A DNA stretch of 64,000 nt from Vicugna vicugna (lineage: Eukaryota): assembly GCA_013265495.1 (NCBI GenBank), contig MU058781.1:186001-250000 (forward strand), given 5' to 3'. The notes under the pieces were generated by a model, which had not been told where the DNA came from, ran no database searches, and saw nothing but the letters and a program-made list of their open reading frames with translations. A program made the position numbers and the translations under genes. Below are positions 25,481-38,019 of this stretch, one piece after another. Every line of letters begins with the position of its first letter. The stretch's first letter is position 1.

Positions 25481-27054
25481 ATAGCAAATATTGGCTTATG
25501 CTCCTTTTTTTTTTTAATATTTACGAGTATGCACCCTGGGCTTGTTTCTCAAGATCTCTCGTATTAAGTCATTGCTAATAAAAGAGCGTAGTACCTCCTG
25601 TGGGAGTCTCCGTGTGCCTTCAGTGAAGTCATGTCTGTGAGATGCTCAGGGCGGTTCCCGGCTGGCACGCAGCAGGCACACACTAATTGTTGGTTTTCCT
25701 TTCTCTCTGAACTGTCTCAGTTCCAATCCTCCCTGTACCTGAAGGACCTCCCCCAAGAAGCCAGCTCTGCCTCATTCCTGCACATTTTGTGAAAATACCA
25801 ACCACATTTTCCACCTTCAGTCTTTCTTCCTAATGATTCCTCTTAACAATCAGCAAGAGAGAACCAAACTTTCCTCAAAACCTAATGAAGGACACAAAAA
25901 CCAGTTATTAAATTCATAGCATGTTTTTTAGTTTATTTTACTTTCTCTGAACATACGTATGTACAAATCGGAATAAGATCTCTTTGAACATCCGACCTTC
26001 CTTTTAACTTCAAGCATTCAAAGGAGCAGCGGTTCCCAACCTGGCCTTCTTCAACTTCTTAAGACGTTCAAAGTTGAAATGTGGCTTTGAGGTACCCTCA
26101 CATTGCTGCAGGCGGATCACGGTGCTACGGGTCAGATTTCTTCAGTTATGTAGTTGGGTCCATAAATTCTTCCAAATCATAGAGTAGGTGGAGGGATAGA
26201 TAAAGTGTCTTGGTGGTTATGCCTGGAAACTGCTGCCTTTTGATCAGTCTACCTCCATTTGGGCCGAGGCAGTGAGACCCTCTCCCCAGCTCTTACAGGG
26301 CGTAGGGGAACGATTGACCTCATATCTACTCAACAAGCCGTAGCCCATCACTTTACAAAGCTACACATGAGTACAACTCTAGGCCAAAAAATGTCTGTCC
26401 TTGACAATGATGTCTGTCTGATTGTTCAGTGGCTCCCTGAATGGCTCAGGGAGGGTGTGGCGGGATGACACTGAACTAAGCTTCACACACGTCACGTCCA
26501 GGCAGCTGTTGAGAAGGCCCTAAGTCGTATTCAGTGCTTGCAGGAGACAGGACCAGGTATGTAACCCTAGGCAAGCCATTACCCAGTGACACTGGGCAGC
26601 CCAATTTATCTCTCTGAGACTGTTCTGTGAAATGCCACTGTTGTATAAGATAAGTAGGATTTCTTCCAGCTCTGAAATGTTATGATACCTGGTCTGACTT
26701 GAGCCTGATTAACATCAGTTAGTGATGATATTGGTATAAATGTAACATAATCCTCATTTCCCCACAAGATCACTTTCAAATTTAAATATATAAGTATGTT
26801 TATGTTTGGGAAGTAACTTCCAGGATGGGAGTGTGTTGGTATTCATATCATTTTATCCTGTGTGTTAGAGAGAAAGAAACTGTAGACACTATTAAGGAGG
26901 TCAATGTGATTAGGAAGATGGGATTTTGCTGGTTTGAATGACGACTTTGAACCCTTTGGGGCTGTTAAATATTCAGACCCATGAAGTTCCTCTTTTACAT
27001 GAGGACATTGAAAACATTCCAAAAAAAAAAAAAAAAAAGAAAGGTACAAACTGC

Positions 27055-27235
27055 AAACATTGATTGAGCACATACATGCTGGATGTTTTCAAACGCATTC
27101 TCTCATGTAAACTCTACACCGACTGTGCATTGCGTGTTACCATTCCTGTCTATAACCGAAGCACGGATGTGTTCATTACTTGGCCCCCAAATCCCATAGC
27201 CTGTGAGGGCTGAAAACAGAAACTGAACTTCATGG
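27055..27235 (-). mobile_element. MIR relic
   Basis: AACATTGATTGAGCAC...TCTCATGTAAACTCTACA...ACTTGGCCCCCAAATCCCATAGC. Confidence 0.5.
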
Positions 27236-27399
27236 AGCCGTTTTGAGTTAATATATTCAAGGAGTGCACTCAGCACCTAATACAGACTATAACTGTGATC
27301 TCATCTTCTCTTTCACCATCATCATCTTCTTCTTTTTCTTCTTCTTCTCCTGACGCCAAAGCCCACTACCTTTATCTGGGGAAAGACAACTTAGTGAGC

Positions 27400-27615
27400 T
27401 CAGGCTGGTGGTAAGGTGACTGCATTTTCAATTCCTCAACTGTCTAGGCGTGTGGCTGCAGGCGAACTATCTCCCCAATCTCCATTCCTCAGGTTTTTTA
27501 AATCTGTAAGATAAGAATAAACAAAATATTTGTAAGTTTTTTTTATGAGGATTACATGAATTCATATATGTAAAGACTTAGATCCACACTTGGCCTATGG
27601 TACACATGGCAAATA
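27400..27615 (+). mobile_element. MIR relic
   Basis: CCTCAGGTTTTTTAAATCTGTAAGATAAGAATAA...TGAGGATTACATGAATTCATATATGTAAAGTACTTAG. Confidence 0.75.
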
Positions 27616-28094
27616 GAAACCATTCCTCTTAATATATTTCTTCTTTCTTACATTAATTTTGCAGAAAAAATTCTTCAAAATCTAAAATTCATGGTGTTAT
27701 TATAAATAAAAGAGATAGTAAAATAGGTTCTAATTAGGGAAATAGAACATACTGATAACATTCTATTGGTCAGATTCCCTGATATGTCGGAGCACAGAAT
27801 GACTTCTCTTGTTGTTTTTAATCCTTACAAGCTTAGAGTCTGCTTAAGTCCATCCTGTCCCTGCCTTTGTAAAGTAATTCTTCTGAAAGCTAGTTATGAT
27901 AAGGAGGAAAAAGCAAATTCTAAAACCAGGCCTACTTTCTTTTTCTCAGCAAATGTCTCTTCCTTTGTTTTGAAACAAGGAGGCACATGGTTGAAATGTA
28001 ATCGTTCCATCCGTTTCATCCAGCCATCTGTTCATCCACCCTTCCATTCATCCATTTATTCAATTATTCCTTCACCAAACACTCAGAATTGCTC

Positions 28095-28220
28095 CATGCA
28101 GTGGAAAGAAAGTTGGCTTTGGACTCACCCATCAAATATGAAACTGACATTCTGCTTCTTGCTAGCTGTGTGATCTTGGAAAATTTCCTCAACCCCTCTG
28201 AGCCTCAGTATCCTAAAGTG
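28095..28220 (+). mobile_element. MIR relic
   Basis: CAGTGGAAAGA...GGCTTTGGACTCA...CTAGCTGTGTGATCTTGGAAAATTTCCTCAACCCCTCTGAGCCTCAGT. Confidence 0.8.
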
Positions 28221-28699
28221 ATCGGTCAGGTTGAAAACACCTTCTTCCATGTTGACAGGCCAATCCACAAATATATGTAGGGCAACAAATTTATTTTCCT
28301 CCCCCAATAAGTTGTGAACCTAGACAAGCACAAATTTCCGTTCACTATTTAGTGCCATTTGGTTTGGCTCATGATCTGTCCTGCCTCGAGTAGTAGGAGC
28401 AACGCAAGTACAGAGCTGGGAAAGGCTTAGACCTCATCCTGCCCTACTTTCTAATTTAATATATGAGAACATTTTGGTCCAGACTGGGTAAAAGAGGCTT
28501 GCCTTAAAATCAAATCTGCTAAACTCTAATGCGTTATATTGTTTGTGCTTTTATTTTTCACTTTATCCTTTCCTTCTTATTTCACAATAAAAATGAGTAC
28601 CTTTACTTATCTATCTTTAGAAAATTACCTTCCTTTGACATTCAATATTCGAGGAAGGTATATATATTTTCTAATCCACTTTTTTTCTTCTTACAGTGT

Positions 28700-29130
28700 A
28701 TCTTGGGATATTGAAAATATCCCATTTTTATGAATAAATCAATAAATTTAAAGAAATGCCAATCTAAATCTCCAAAATATACTTTATGGAACTTTATAAG
28801 TAAATTATAGAGATTTTATGGTGGAAAGAAAGCACAGAGATAGGCAAGAAAATTTTTAAAAGAAGAATGAGGGGACACTTTTTTTTTTATAGCTCCCAAC
28901 ATACAATACAAAACTACAGTAAATAAAATTATGTGGTTTTGGCATGGATATGAAAAAAATAGATCAATAGACTAGACTAGATTCCAGAAAGTGACTATGA
29001 CTATGATAAAAATGGCATTTTAAATCAGTGAGAAAATCATTTAATAAATGATGTTGGGATGAATGGATACACACATGGATAAAAATTCAGAGTCTTACCT
29101 TATAATATACACAGGTTACACGCACACAAA
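28700..29130 (+). mobile_element. Old L1M ORF2 3' fragment
   Basis: AAACTACAGTAAATAAAA..TGTGGTTTTGGCAT...ATAGATCAAT...TTTAATAAATGATGTTGGG, a decayed ORF2 TVWYW..IDQW..LFNKWCW region. Confidence 0.75.
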
Positions 29131-29219
29131 ACATACTGTTAAAAATAAAGAGTGAAGGAAAAAATTGGTCCTATACATATGTAACGAATATTGCAATCCT
29201 GTGTGCATTTGAACTAGCC

Positions 29220-29249
29220 TGTGCGTGTGTGTGTGCGTGTGTGTGTGTG
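29220..29249. repeat. (TG)n / (TGCG) microsatellite
   Basis: TGTGCGTGTGTGTGTGCGTGTGTGTGTGTG. Confidence 0.9.
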
Positions 29250-29939
29250 AAGTCAAGAAAGGGATCATCAGACTATAGGGAAGAAGTTAAGAGCCACTTA
29301 TGCTTTTATTCTCTCTAGATCTATATTTTTAGTATTTAAAATTTTTCTCTTCTTTTTGTGATTATAAAAGAAACAGCCCAAAGAACAAAAAACCTCCTCT
29401 AGGAGCCGTACATTTTCTTAAATTTCTGACAAATTGTATGTGTGTGTATGTGTATTTTGTAAACCAAGTCACATATTAAATTAAGAGAACTATTATTATT
29501 ATTTTTTTTTTTGGAAAGTTAGAGTGCTTCCTTTCAAAAACGTGAAAATCACCCCCTAATCTCTCAAGTCCTTAGGTTTAGGACTGGGTGCACCTGGGTT
29601 TCTTCACTCGTGCGTATTCTGTTTGCCCTTGGCATCTGGGGGACCTGATGCACGTTAACCATGTCGTGCGGACTTCTGAGGGGTCTATCCTGGTCCCTGT
29701 TACCTGCTTCTGCTTACGCTTCTGTTGAAGAATATTTTCTGAAGCTGAAATGAAGTTTGAAGGCTTAGAAACCAGTTTTTCACCCCCAGGACCTAATGGA
29801 GCATGAGCTAATGAGGCTCTGGTGTATAAATATATTCATTTTCTGTCACATTATAGGGGTAAACTGGTGTGAGTAAATTATCAGGATAGGTCAAATATAT
29901 ATAATAATTTAAAACTAGAGGAAACACAGGTGGAAAGCT

Positions 29940-30125
29940 TTAAAAAAATGCTTTCAGTGAGTGACCTCACTGAACCCTCACAGTAACACTCTGAAGTTGT
30001 TTCACTCCTGGGGAAACCACAGCGCAGAGGGGCTGGAACCTCGCCCACATTCGGAGCGCTTGTAAGTGCTGGTGCTCGACGTGTAGCCCGGGCAGTCTCA
30101 GTCCTGAGTCTGCTCTCCGGTTCCA
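29940..30125 (-). mobile_element. MIR relic
   Basis: CTCACTGAACCCTCACAGTAAC...GGGAAACC...CTCGCCCAC...GTAAGTG...CCCGGGCAGTCT. Confidence 0.55.
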
Positions 30126-30230
30126 GCCAGTGATGCAGTGGATGTGCCCGGATGTGTTTCCCTATATCCACATGTACAGGGTTTCCCCAAGGGTGGAATG
30201 CTTGGTCCTAGTGTGAGTTCTCAGAGATTC

Positions 30231-30602
30231 TCAAGGTGAGATTCGAACTCGCCTCCGTACAGGGAGGGCAAGAGAGATCAAAGAGGCCGGACACTCCAGA
30301 TGGGCATGCGGCTGGTTTAACAAGCAAGGGGACTCACCCACCAGGCTGGTCTTGAGTGGCCACAGGACAAGCAGATCTCCACACCCGCCTGCCAGAATCT
30401 TCAGAGTTTACGCAGAGGCCTTAACGGGGTTCCGATGATCTCAACAAAACAGTCCTCTCTCAAGACTGCTTCCTTCAGATGGCTCTTCGTGAGAAGAAAC
30501 TGTGGGCAGAACTACATTCCAAGGGCAGGGGTGGGAGTAAGGAGGCTCCGGTTGCCTGGGTCCAGCTCACGGGTCAAGCATCTTCTCCGTGACCTCCTCC
30601 AC
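30231..30602 (-). mobile_element. ERV solo LTR relic nested in an old L1
   Basis: GC/CpG-richer block GGTGAGATTCGAACTC...AGAGATCAAAGAGGCC...CAGATCTCC...GACCTCCTCCA with sharp edges between L1-like flanks. Family not assigned. Confidence 0.55.
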
Positions 30603-30619
30603 TGCCTCGGTCATGGTCA

Positions 30620-31170
30620 TACTTACTCATCTGTAACTTTCCCAGATGTTGACAATTTCTCCTATCTCTCCACATCCTTTCTAACACTTTAAAACAACCT
30701 TTGATATTGGCCAGGCTGAAGAGTGTGAAAAGGCAGACTATTATGTTTTGAATTTTCATTTTATTGACAACTAGAGAGGTTGAAACGTTTCAATTGGTTT
30801 TTTTCCTATAGATTTGTAAAAAAATTATTTTTATACTCCAAATCCTAAGCTGTATATTCCATGTAAATATTCCTGGGCTCTTTGTTCTGTTCCTTTGGTC
30901 TATTTCCCTGTCCTGTGCTAATACACATTTTCATAGTCACATGGGATTTTTTACATTTTTTTCCTCCTTTCATTCCTTTTCCTCCTCTTCCTCCTTCTTC
31001 TACAACATCTTGTATCTGACAGGAAAAATCCCTCACCACTTTTTTCTTCAAAACAGAATTGACCATCGGTGGCATTTTAGCTCTTTTATATAAACGTGAA
31101 GATAAAGTTATCAAGATCCAGAAAATAAATCTCTTGCATTGATTATATGGATTAACTTGGGAGAATGGAT
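30620..31170 (-). mobile_element. Old L1M ORF2/3' relic
   Basis: TCTCCACATCCT...AACACTT...GAGGTTGAA...CTGTTCCTTTGGTCTATTT...GATTATATGGATTAACTTGGGAGAA. Confidence 0.65.
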
Positions 31171-31954
31171 GTGCTGGTTCTTTCTGTCCAGCATGCACTT
31201 TCTGAGAATGTTGGAAGCTCTAATTACATTAGCTGCTAAACCTTAAATATTTAATGAATTTTACTGGCTTTTCAGGAGCTGATTGCCAAAAGGGATTAAC
31301 AACTTCTAAAGTAAATATCCACAGGCATGGCCTCTGTCAGATGTCAAGTGCTGTGGCTAAAGTTTTAGAAAATGTATTGCTATTTAAGTAAATACCGAGG
31401 TATTTATATATTGTGTTTTTAATTAATGCTCTTGATACTATTTCTCTGGAAGAATACATATGCACATTTGACCATGACCACCATTTTTTACCCAAGACCA
31501 GGTGCTTGGGATTATTTAATAATCTGTTAGATGATAAATCTTTGAGTGAAGTTCTCCTGAGCTGGAGTCACGTGTTGCAATGCATATATCAAGCACTTGG
31601 TGTTGAATGATTCCGACTTTGTGGTTAGCACTGCACATTAGTGTATATATTTCAAATTTATTTAGGTTCAGTCTATAACCCAAAGTTATGACCATTCAAC
31701 TAGATATCATCTCAGATAAAACAGGCTGAAACATCAGGCATAAAAATCTCTTGTGGGCATTTACATAACTTGGCTTTACTACCTTCAAAATCTATGCAGA
31801 GAAGAAATTATCAAGTTTGAAACTTTTTCTTTAGACTTACAAACATCCTGTTGCTGGAAGAACAAAGGTCACCATCCACATTTTAATTACTTGGATTATG
31901 GATATTATCACTCCTTTTAAAATTCATCTTGGGTCCTGGTTTTCAGAAACAGTT

Positions 31955-32150
31955 TTGACCACATGCCAGATACTGTGTTTGGCCATTTTATACCAATTAT
32001 TTAATTTGTTCTTCAGAGCAATCTGATACATTAGGTTCTTATCTCCAATTTATGGGTGAAGAAACTGAGGCTTAGGAAATTTCCTAAGTTGCTCAGGTGG
32101 AAGCAACAGAATTGGGTTTCAAATGCAGATCTGTTAACTTCAGTTCTGTG
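31955..32150 (-). mobile_element. MIR relic
   Basis: TGCCAGATACTGTG...ATCTCCAATTTATGGGTGAAGAAACTGAGGCTTAGG. Confidence 0.8.
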
Positions 32151-33454
32151 TTATTCATTTGTTCTTCCATTGGCTAGGAACAGAATGATTTTTTTAAAAA
32201 ACCCCAAATCAATGAATGTTAGTGCTAATTTTGAATTAGGTACTAATTCCTAGGATGTGAAAGAGCCCAAATTTGTCAGCCAGTGATGATGGTCCAAGTC
32301 AACCTTTAATACTCTGTTAATTCTACTTATTTTTCTGAGAAACCTAGATGATATGCTAATAAAGGCAACCATTTTGCATAACTGGACATTTCTAATGTTA
32401 GTTGCATTTGGAGATGGTGGCATTACTCTAAACATTGCAGATTTTGCTGCATGTTTCACAGGCTTTATAAAGTCGTTACCTTCTAGCATCCTGGCCCTCT
32501 AGGCACAGTTCATAAACTCTAAATATACAATCAGATTAGCCATGCCTAAGTTTGGTACTGGCAAACAGGAATGCTTCTGTAAGGGTTTCGCTATACATTT
32601 TATTTGACTTTGGTAACTGAAGTAAAGAGATTTGAAAGTGAGCTTGAATAGTCCAAATTTTGGCATTGGATATTAAATGTTAAAATAAAGACTCTAGCCC
32701 TAAGAGATTTTAAAATGTTGTTACAACTTCTAGTAGTAGAAGAATACAATTAAAAAACCAATGCTCTTTGGAAAACTGATGTAACAGCTGTGCGAAAGAA
32801 GCACGGGAAAGATTGGAAAGGCAGATGGGAGCTCATGAGGCTTAAAGAATAAACTTTCCTCCCATACAGAAACTTTTGCGTGGTTGAATATAGTGAATAA
32901 CACCAAAGGACCCACAGGATCCAAGCCACCACCATCTACATCCAGTGCACAGGCTAAGGGAAGGGGGTCTCTTTAATGCAAATTATTGTCCAGTTTTGCC
33001 GTTTCATTCTTACTTGACAAGTGTACACTGGCAAAGAAAACGTCAAGCTGTCGTCTAAGAAGACTGCTTTCGGGTCAGAAAAGAGCTGTGCTGGGAATCG
33101 GGGACGGTCATGGTGGTCTAGACGTGGTGTGACCTGGGCACACCCATGCCTTGGTGTTCTCTGGGCTGTTCAAGTTCGGGTCTAATGAAATGCCTTCCCT
33201 CCCGTAACATGTCGACTCACGCACGCTCTTGGGTTTTCTCCAGCTCCCAAACTCGGTGACCCTGGCTCTGACCGGTCAACACGGTAGAAGGAAGAGAAAC
33301 GTGTGGCCCTGGCTCCTAGTTTCAAACTGGAAAATCATGAAACGTTTGAGTGAACTTGACCTGATGGCGTGTGTGTCAGAGACACGTTAGAAACACTAAT
33401 TGGCGCTCTCTTCTCCCAGAAGCAAAGGGCAGATTCTGGCAGATCAGAGAGCTT

Positions 33455-33590
33455 CAGATACAAATACCAGATTCTAAATATCTGGGTTCAAGTTCTGCTT
33501 TTGTCACATCCATGTCATGCAACTTTAGACAAATTGCTTAATGTCTTTTTATTTGTGTCCTATCTGTAAACCGATGGGGTTATATTATAT
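33455..33590 (+). mobile_element. MIR relic
   Basis: TCTGGGTTCAAGTTCTGCT...CTTTAGACAAATTGCTTAAT...TATCTGTAAA. Confidence 0.65.
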
Positions 33591-34240
33591 GATTTAAGCT
33601 CAACATCTAAAAACCAAAATAAATAAATAAAAATTCTCAGCTCTTTTTGTATGAAATGTAGATAAAATTTAGGCAGAATATTAGGGTTCACTGGTAAGAT
33701 ACGGGACATACCTAGCTGTATTGAGAAAAACGAAGAAATACTTGGTATTAGAATTAAAGCAAGTTATTAATTTTACATAAGCTTGGACTTCACTCTTCAA
33801 GCCCTCCTCAGGCTGCAAAAGTAGATCTTAAATTCCTAGGACTATAATAGACATCTATAAAATCAATTTGTTGAAGGGCCTTGCTGAGACATTTTGAATA
33901 TAGAGAGTTCGCATGGAAATTATTTAAAATCATAAGGTAGACCCCCATCAGCCTGACCGAGTTCATCTCTAACTCTGCTTAGAATCTGGCGTGTGGATTA
34001 TGTGACTCCCATAGGCCCCTGGACGTCCCAGGAATATGCGGGCAATCGGTTTTAACAGCGCTTAAACAGCACATGGTTTGAGTAGAGAGCAGGCAGAATC
34101 TGACCGCAGGAAGACAGACACAATGTTAATTTTTCAAAAATAAGAGCCGCTTGAAGAAAGCCAGAAATAGATCCGGAGTTACTATAAACAAGGCCGAGAG
34201 AGGCCTGCTCATCACAGGGAACAGTCAGGCTCATTAAAGA

Positions 34241-34635
34241 AGGTAATTATTACCTCTGACAAACGGAACTCTGTACTGCTTTAAATTAAGGCTCTTAACG
34301 AGGCGTTTCATTGTGTGTCCTTAACTGAGGGGTCTAAGGAGGCAGCCTCTTCCAAAGTCAGAGGGAACTGCAGTGCTGTGTTTCAGAGTTTCACTGGAGG
34401 AGGGTATTTCGGGAACGAACAGTTCAGGAATACTAAATACACAACCCTAAATACACACAGTTTCCGAACAGATTGCTGGTGTGCCGAGTGCCCGTCTAAG
34501 CCATGTGCCTGTAAGTGGAAAATGTAAACTTTGCCACATGCTAATGATATGCTAATGAGCATTCCTGTTAGCCAGATGACGGGAGCACGGTCTTTGTTCC
34601 TTTCCTGCTAATGTAATGAATAAGCTTGAATAAGC
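34241..34635. promoter_or_regulatory. Candidate enhancer with clustered POU, SOX, E-box and palindromic TAAT motifs
   Basis: ATGCTAAT at 34538 and 34549, TGCTAAT at 34606, CTTTGTT at 34592, CAGATG at 34573, palindrome AGGTAAT-T-ATTACCT at 34241-34255. Surrounding sequence is repeat-free and retains CpGs. Confidence 0.4.
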
Positions 34636-37600
34636 AGTTTGGAGAGAAAGTTGTAAACGTTTACATTTCCCCCCATTTTTATCGGTTTCTGCTTATTTCG
34701 CGTCTCTTGCTCAACAAATGTCTTCCTTCCTCTTTTCTTTCTGTAGCATGTTGCTTACAGGATTTGGTGGACTTGATTTTATTTGAGGTTTTAGCAACGT
34801 CTTATCTTCTCCCAAGATGAGAATTTGTCTTGTTCACCAAAAAGAAGTTCTTTATACCTGTCTCTAGGCAGTCCTTTTATCAAAAAGCTTCTATGGAACA
34901 CCAATATCAACTTCTTGTGTTACTCATATACATAAATGTGTTATGTTTTAAGAAAAATAAATTGACTTTCCGTTGAATACACTTACTTAAAAAGTTATAG
35001 TTTATGGTTCTGCTTTTCAAAATTTAAAAATACTGCGCTGTTGTTGTAGGAGATTAAATGGAAGTGTTGCATTGTACTCTTTTCCCTGGCACGTAGCTAA
35101 ATTCTGGAAAACCTATTGTCTATTCATACGATTTCCCCAAGGATTTTTTACCTGTTCCATCCAAGAGTAAGTGATAGTGTAGTAATTTTGTAACCTCATT
35201 CTCTCTCTCTGTCAGTAGCTATGTCTATGAAGCATCCAGGAGGAATATCAGTCCAAGAAGAATCTATGATCTGTACCTACTATAGAAAAAAAAGTCTAAA
35301 TCTTTCTAAATGTCAGCATACGGGAGCATTTGAATGTGACCCATAATATTACTACCTGGTTAAAATCCATTTCCAGTTAAATTGTAAAGTCCTGTTTTCA
35401 TTCACATGCACCTCACACATGGGGTTTTAAAAGTTGGTTCGTGTCCTTGGTGAGTGTTCCAAATGTTCTCTGAAGTCAGATATTCTGTGACATGAACTCT
35501 TTTGTCAGTGATGCTGACCAAGCCTTTGTCAGTTTCTATCATGATGTCATGCTTAAAATATATGTTTAGTCTGTTTTTAAAATAAATACAGCATTTTCTG
35601 ATTTTTTTACATGCTATCTTTTCAATCTTGGCAACTGGTGTAGCCTTTTTTCTTCTCTGTTTTCTTCTATGTGTTATTTATAGATTATAAAAGAGATGTC
35701 CTGCCATTTTAATCAACCCAGTACATTCTTGCAGTGCATTCCACATCGTTTAAAGTGGAAATTCAGGTGATAAAATTTCTGTTAAATATTTAAAGTATCA
35801 GGGAATTTGGAGTTAGATATTCACAATGAAAATATTCAAATTTTTTTCAAATACAAACGAAATAAACTCATACGTACATTATCTATGTCCAACAGCTTAG
35901 TTATTTGGTTTTTATTTAAGAGTTTAATTCTATTCACATACAGTCCATTCACTTAAAGGAATTCATTACACTAATCAATGGCCACGTCTTCAATTTTGTG
36001 TGGGTACCGAGAGACCACAGCCTCAGAGAAAGCTTGCTTCAGACATGCATTTTTCAAGAAATGAATATTATCCCATTTAAATGCATATTAATAATCATTT
36101 CATTAAATTGCAATCTTCAGTCATGGAGAGATTTTATTGAATGCTCTCATTCTCGCCACAGTTATCCTATCCTTAATCTAAATCATGCCCTCATTTAAAC
36201 CACATGTTTTAATGCCTTTTAGGTCACTTTTCTCACCTATGATTTGAAAGAGTTTTGAAAAGTGTCCTTTTCACGTTTTGGAATTACTGAGATTTCTTGG
36301 ACCATGTTCATTATAGTCATGGTTATAGCTGTAAAAGCTAACAGCTCTTGTGGCACTAAACATATTCTTACCCTAAATTATAGATGAGAATATGGGAATT
36401 CTTAAGAGTTGATATCAATCCAAAAATGAGGACACAATTTTATCAACAGTTTAAGTAAAGAAGAAAAGCATGATCTGAATTTCATTGTCCTTCAACTTCT
36501 GATTTATTGCAATAAAATAAGTCTGGGATTATGACAAAATATCTAAATTATATAACACAATCTCACGTGCTCTTTCAAGACAGACAGCCCTGCAGTTCTC
36601 ACACACGCGGGTGAAGTTCCTTGTCGTGTTTTTGAAATTTGCATTTGGTAACCGTTTCTAAGGCTATTTTGCCAGCTACGTTTTAGAGCTATTCCAGAAA
36701 GCCTGAGCATTCGTTTTGAAGAGATCTTTTAAAAGCTTTAGTTTTACATTTTTGGTCACTCCTCAAGCACAAGCTTGTGACGACTTCTGTGAAGTCTGAG
36801 ACAATCTAAGGTAAATTCCCCGAGAAATCTCCAAAGTCACCTTCCCGGGTAACTGTCCTGATGATAGGCCACAGCATGCCCTCGTCTCCCAGCAAAGGCC
36901 GTGGGAGCTCAGGCTGCTCTTTGGCTCTGAATCTCACCGCTTTAAATCTTTCAGGGCCTCATCTACATTTTCATCTGAACCATCCAGGAAACTCCGTTTC
37001 TCTTTATACATGTTCAGTTTCCATTACCCTGAAAACCAAATAAAACCCCATTACTTAATATTGCTACTGCTCGTTACCATCACGGGCACCATCGGCTTCC
37101 TTCTTTCTTCTCTTGCCAAATTAAAAAATGTCCATAACTCATTGGTTTATTGGTTCATTCATCCTTAGATATAGTACTTCCTTACAGATGTTTATGGGAC
37201 ACCCAATACTGTGCAGAGATGGTGGAGAAAAATCTGTGTATGTCACTCGCTGTCCCTGCCACCAGGACACACTTAGTACTTAGCATGTAGTCAGTGTCAA
37301 ACAAACATGTCTTCTTCAGTCCACTCCCCCACCCCGTATGCTCTTCACATTCACCAATTCTCTTCCCTGTTAATTTAAATATATTTTGTTGGAGCCAAAG
37401 TCATTCTTCCTTTGAATAAATACCATTGTGCAAAATATGGGCAGTTTACAGAATTATCATGCATGACCATAGTATCTTCATACAAGTTTATTTTTTATCA
37501 TTCTCTCCAGGAGTGACTGTCTGCGTACTTGTCACACTTTTATATTGAAGTGACTGTGGCCTTACACTCACACATGCTGGCGTTCGTGCTATCATTTCAA

Positions 37601-38019
37601 AGAGTGTAAAACAGAATAAAAGTTAAGGGAAATGCCATTATTCTGAGAGATCTCAATATTTTAGTGATCATGATTTTGCGTATTTCCCTGTACACATATA
37701 TCATTTTATGTGGATTCAATGTTGTTTAAAGTGTTCAAATACTTAAACATCATCTGTGAACTATTTGAAGACGTTGTAAATATAAACATTTCAAAGAATA
37801 AACCTCTGTTGAGTCTGAGTTCCTCTGACTGGGTTGCCCCTTCAGTTCTATGTGGTTGTCCAAGTCTTTTTCAACACAAATACATATGAGTAAATATTCA
37901 AATATGTACTTTTAGCAACATAACTAGGGTTGTGCTAAATGTACTTTTCTGTAGCCCGCTTAATGTAACTTAATGCGTGAACCTAATACCATCTCGATGC
38001 TTCTATATTTACCTCATTC

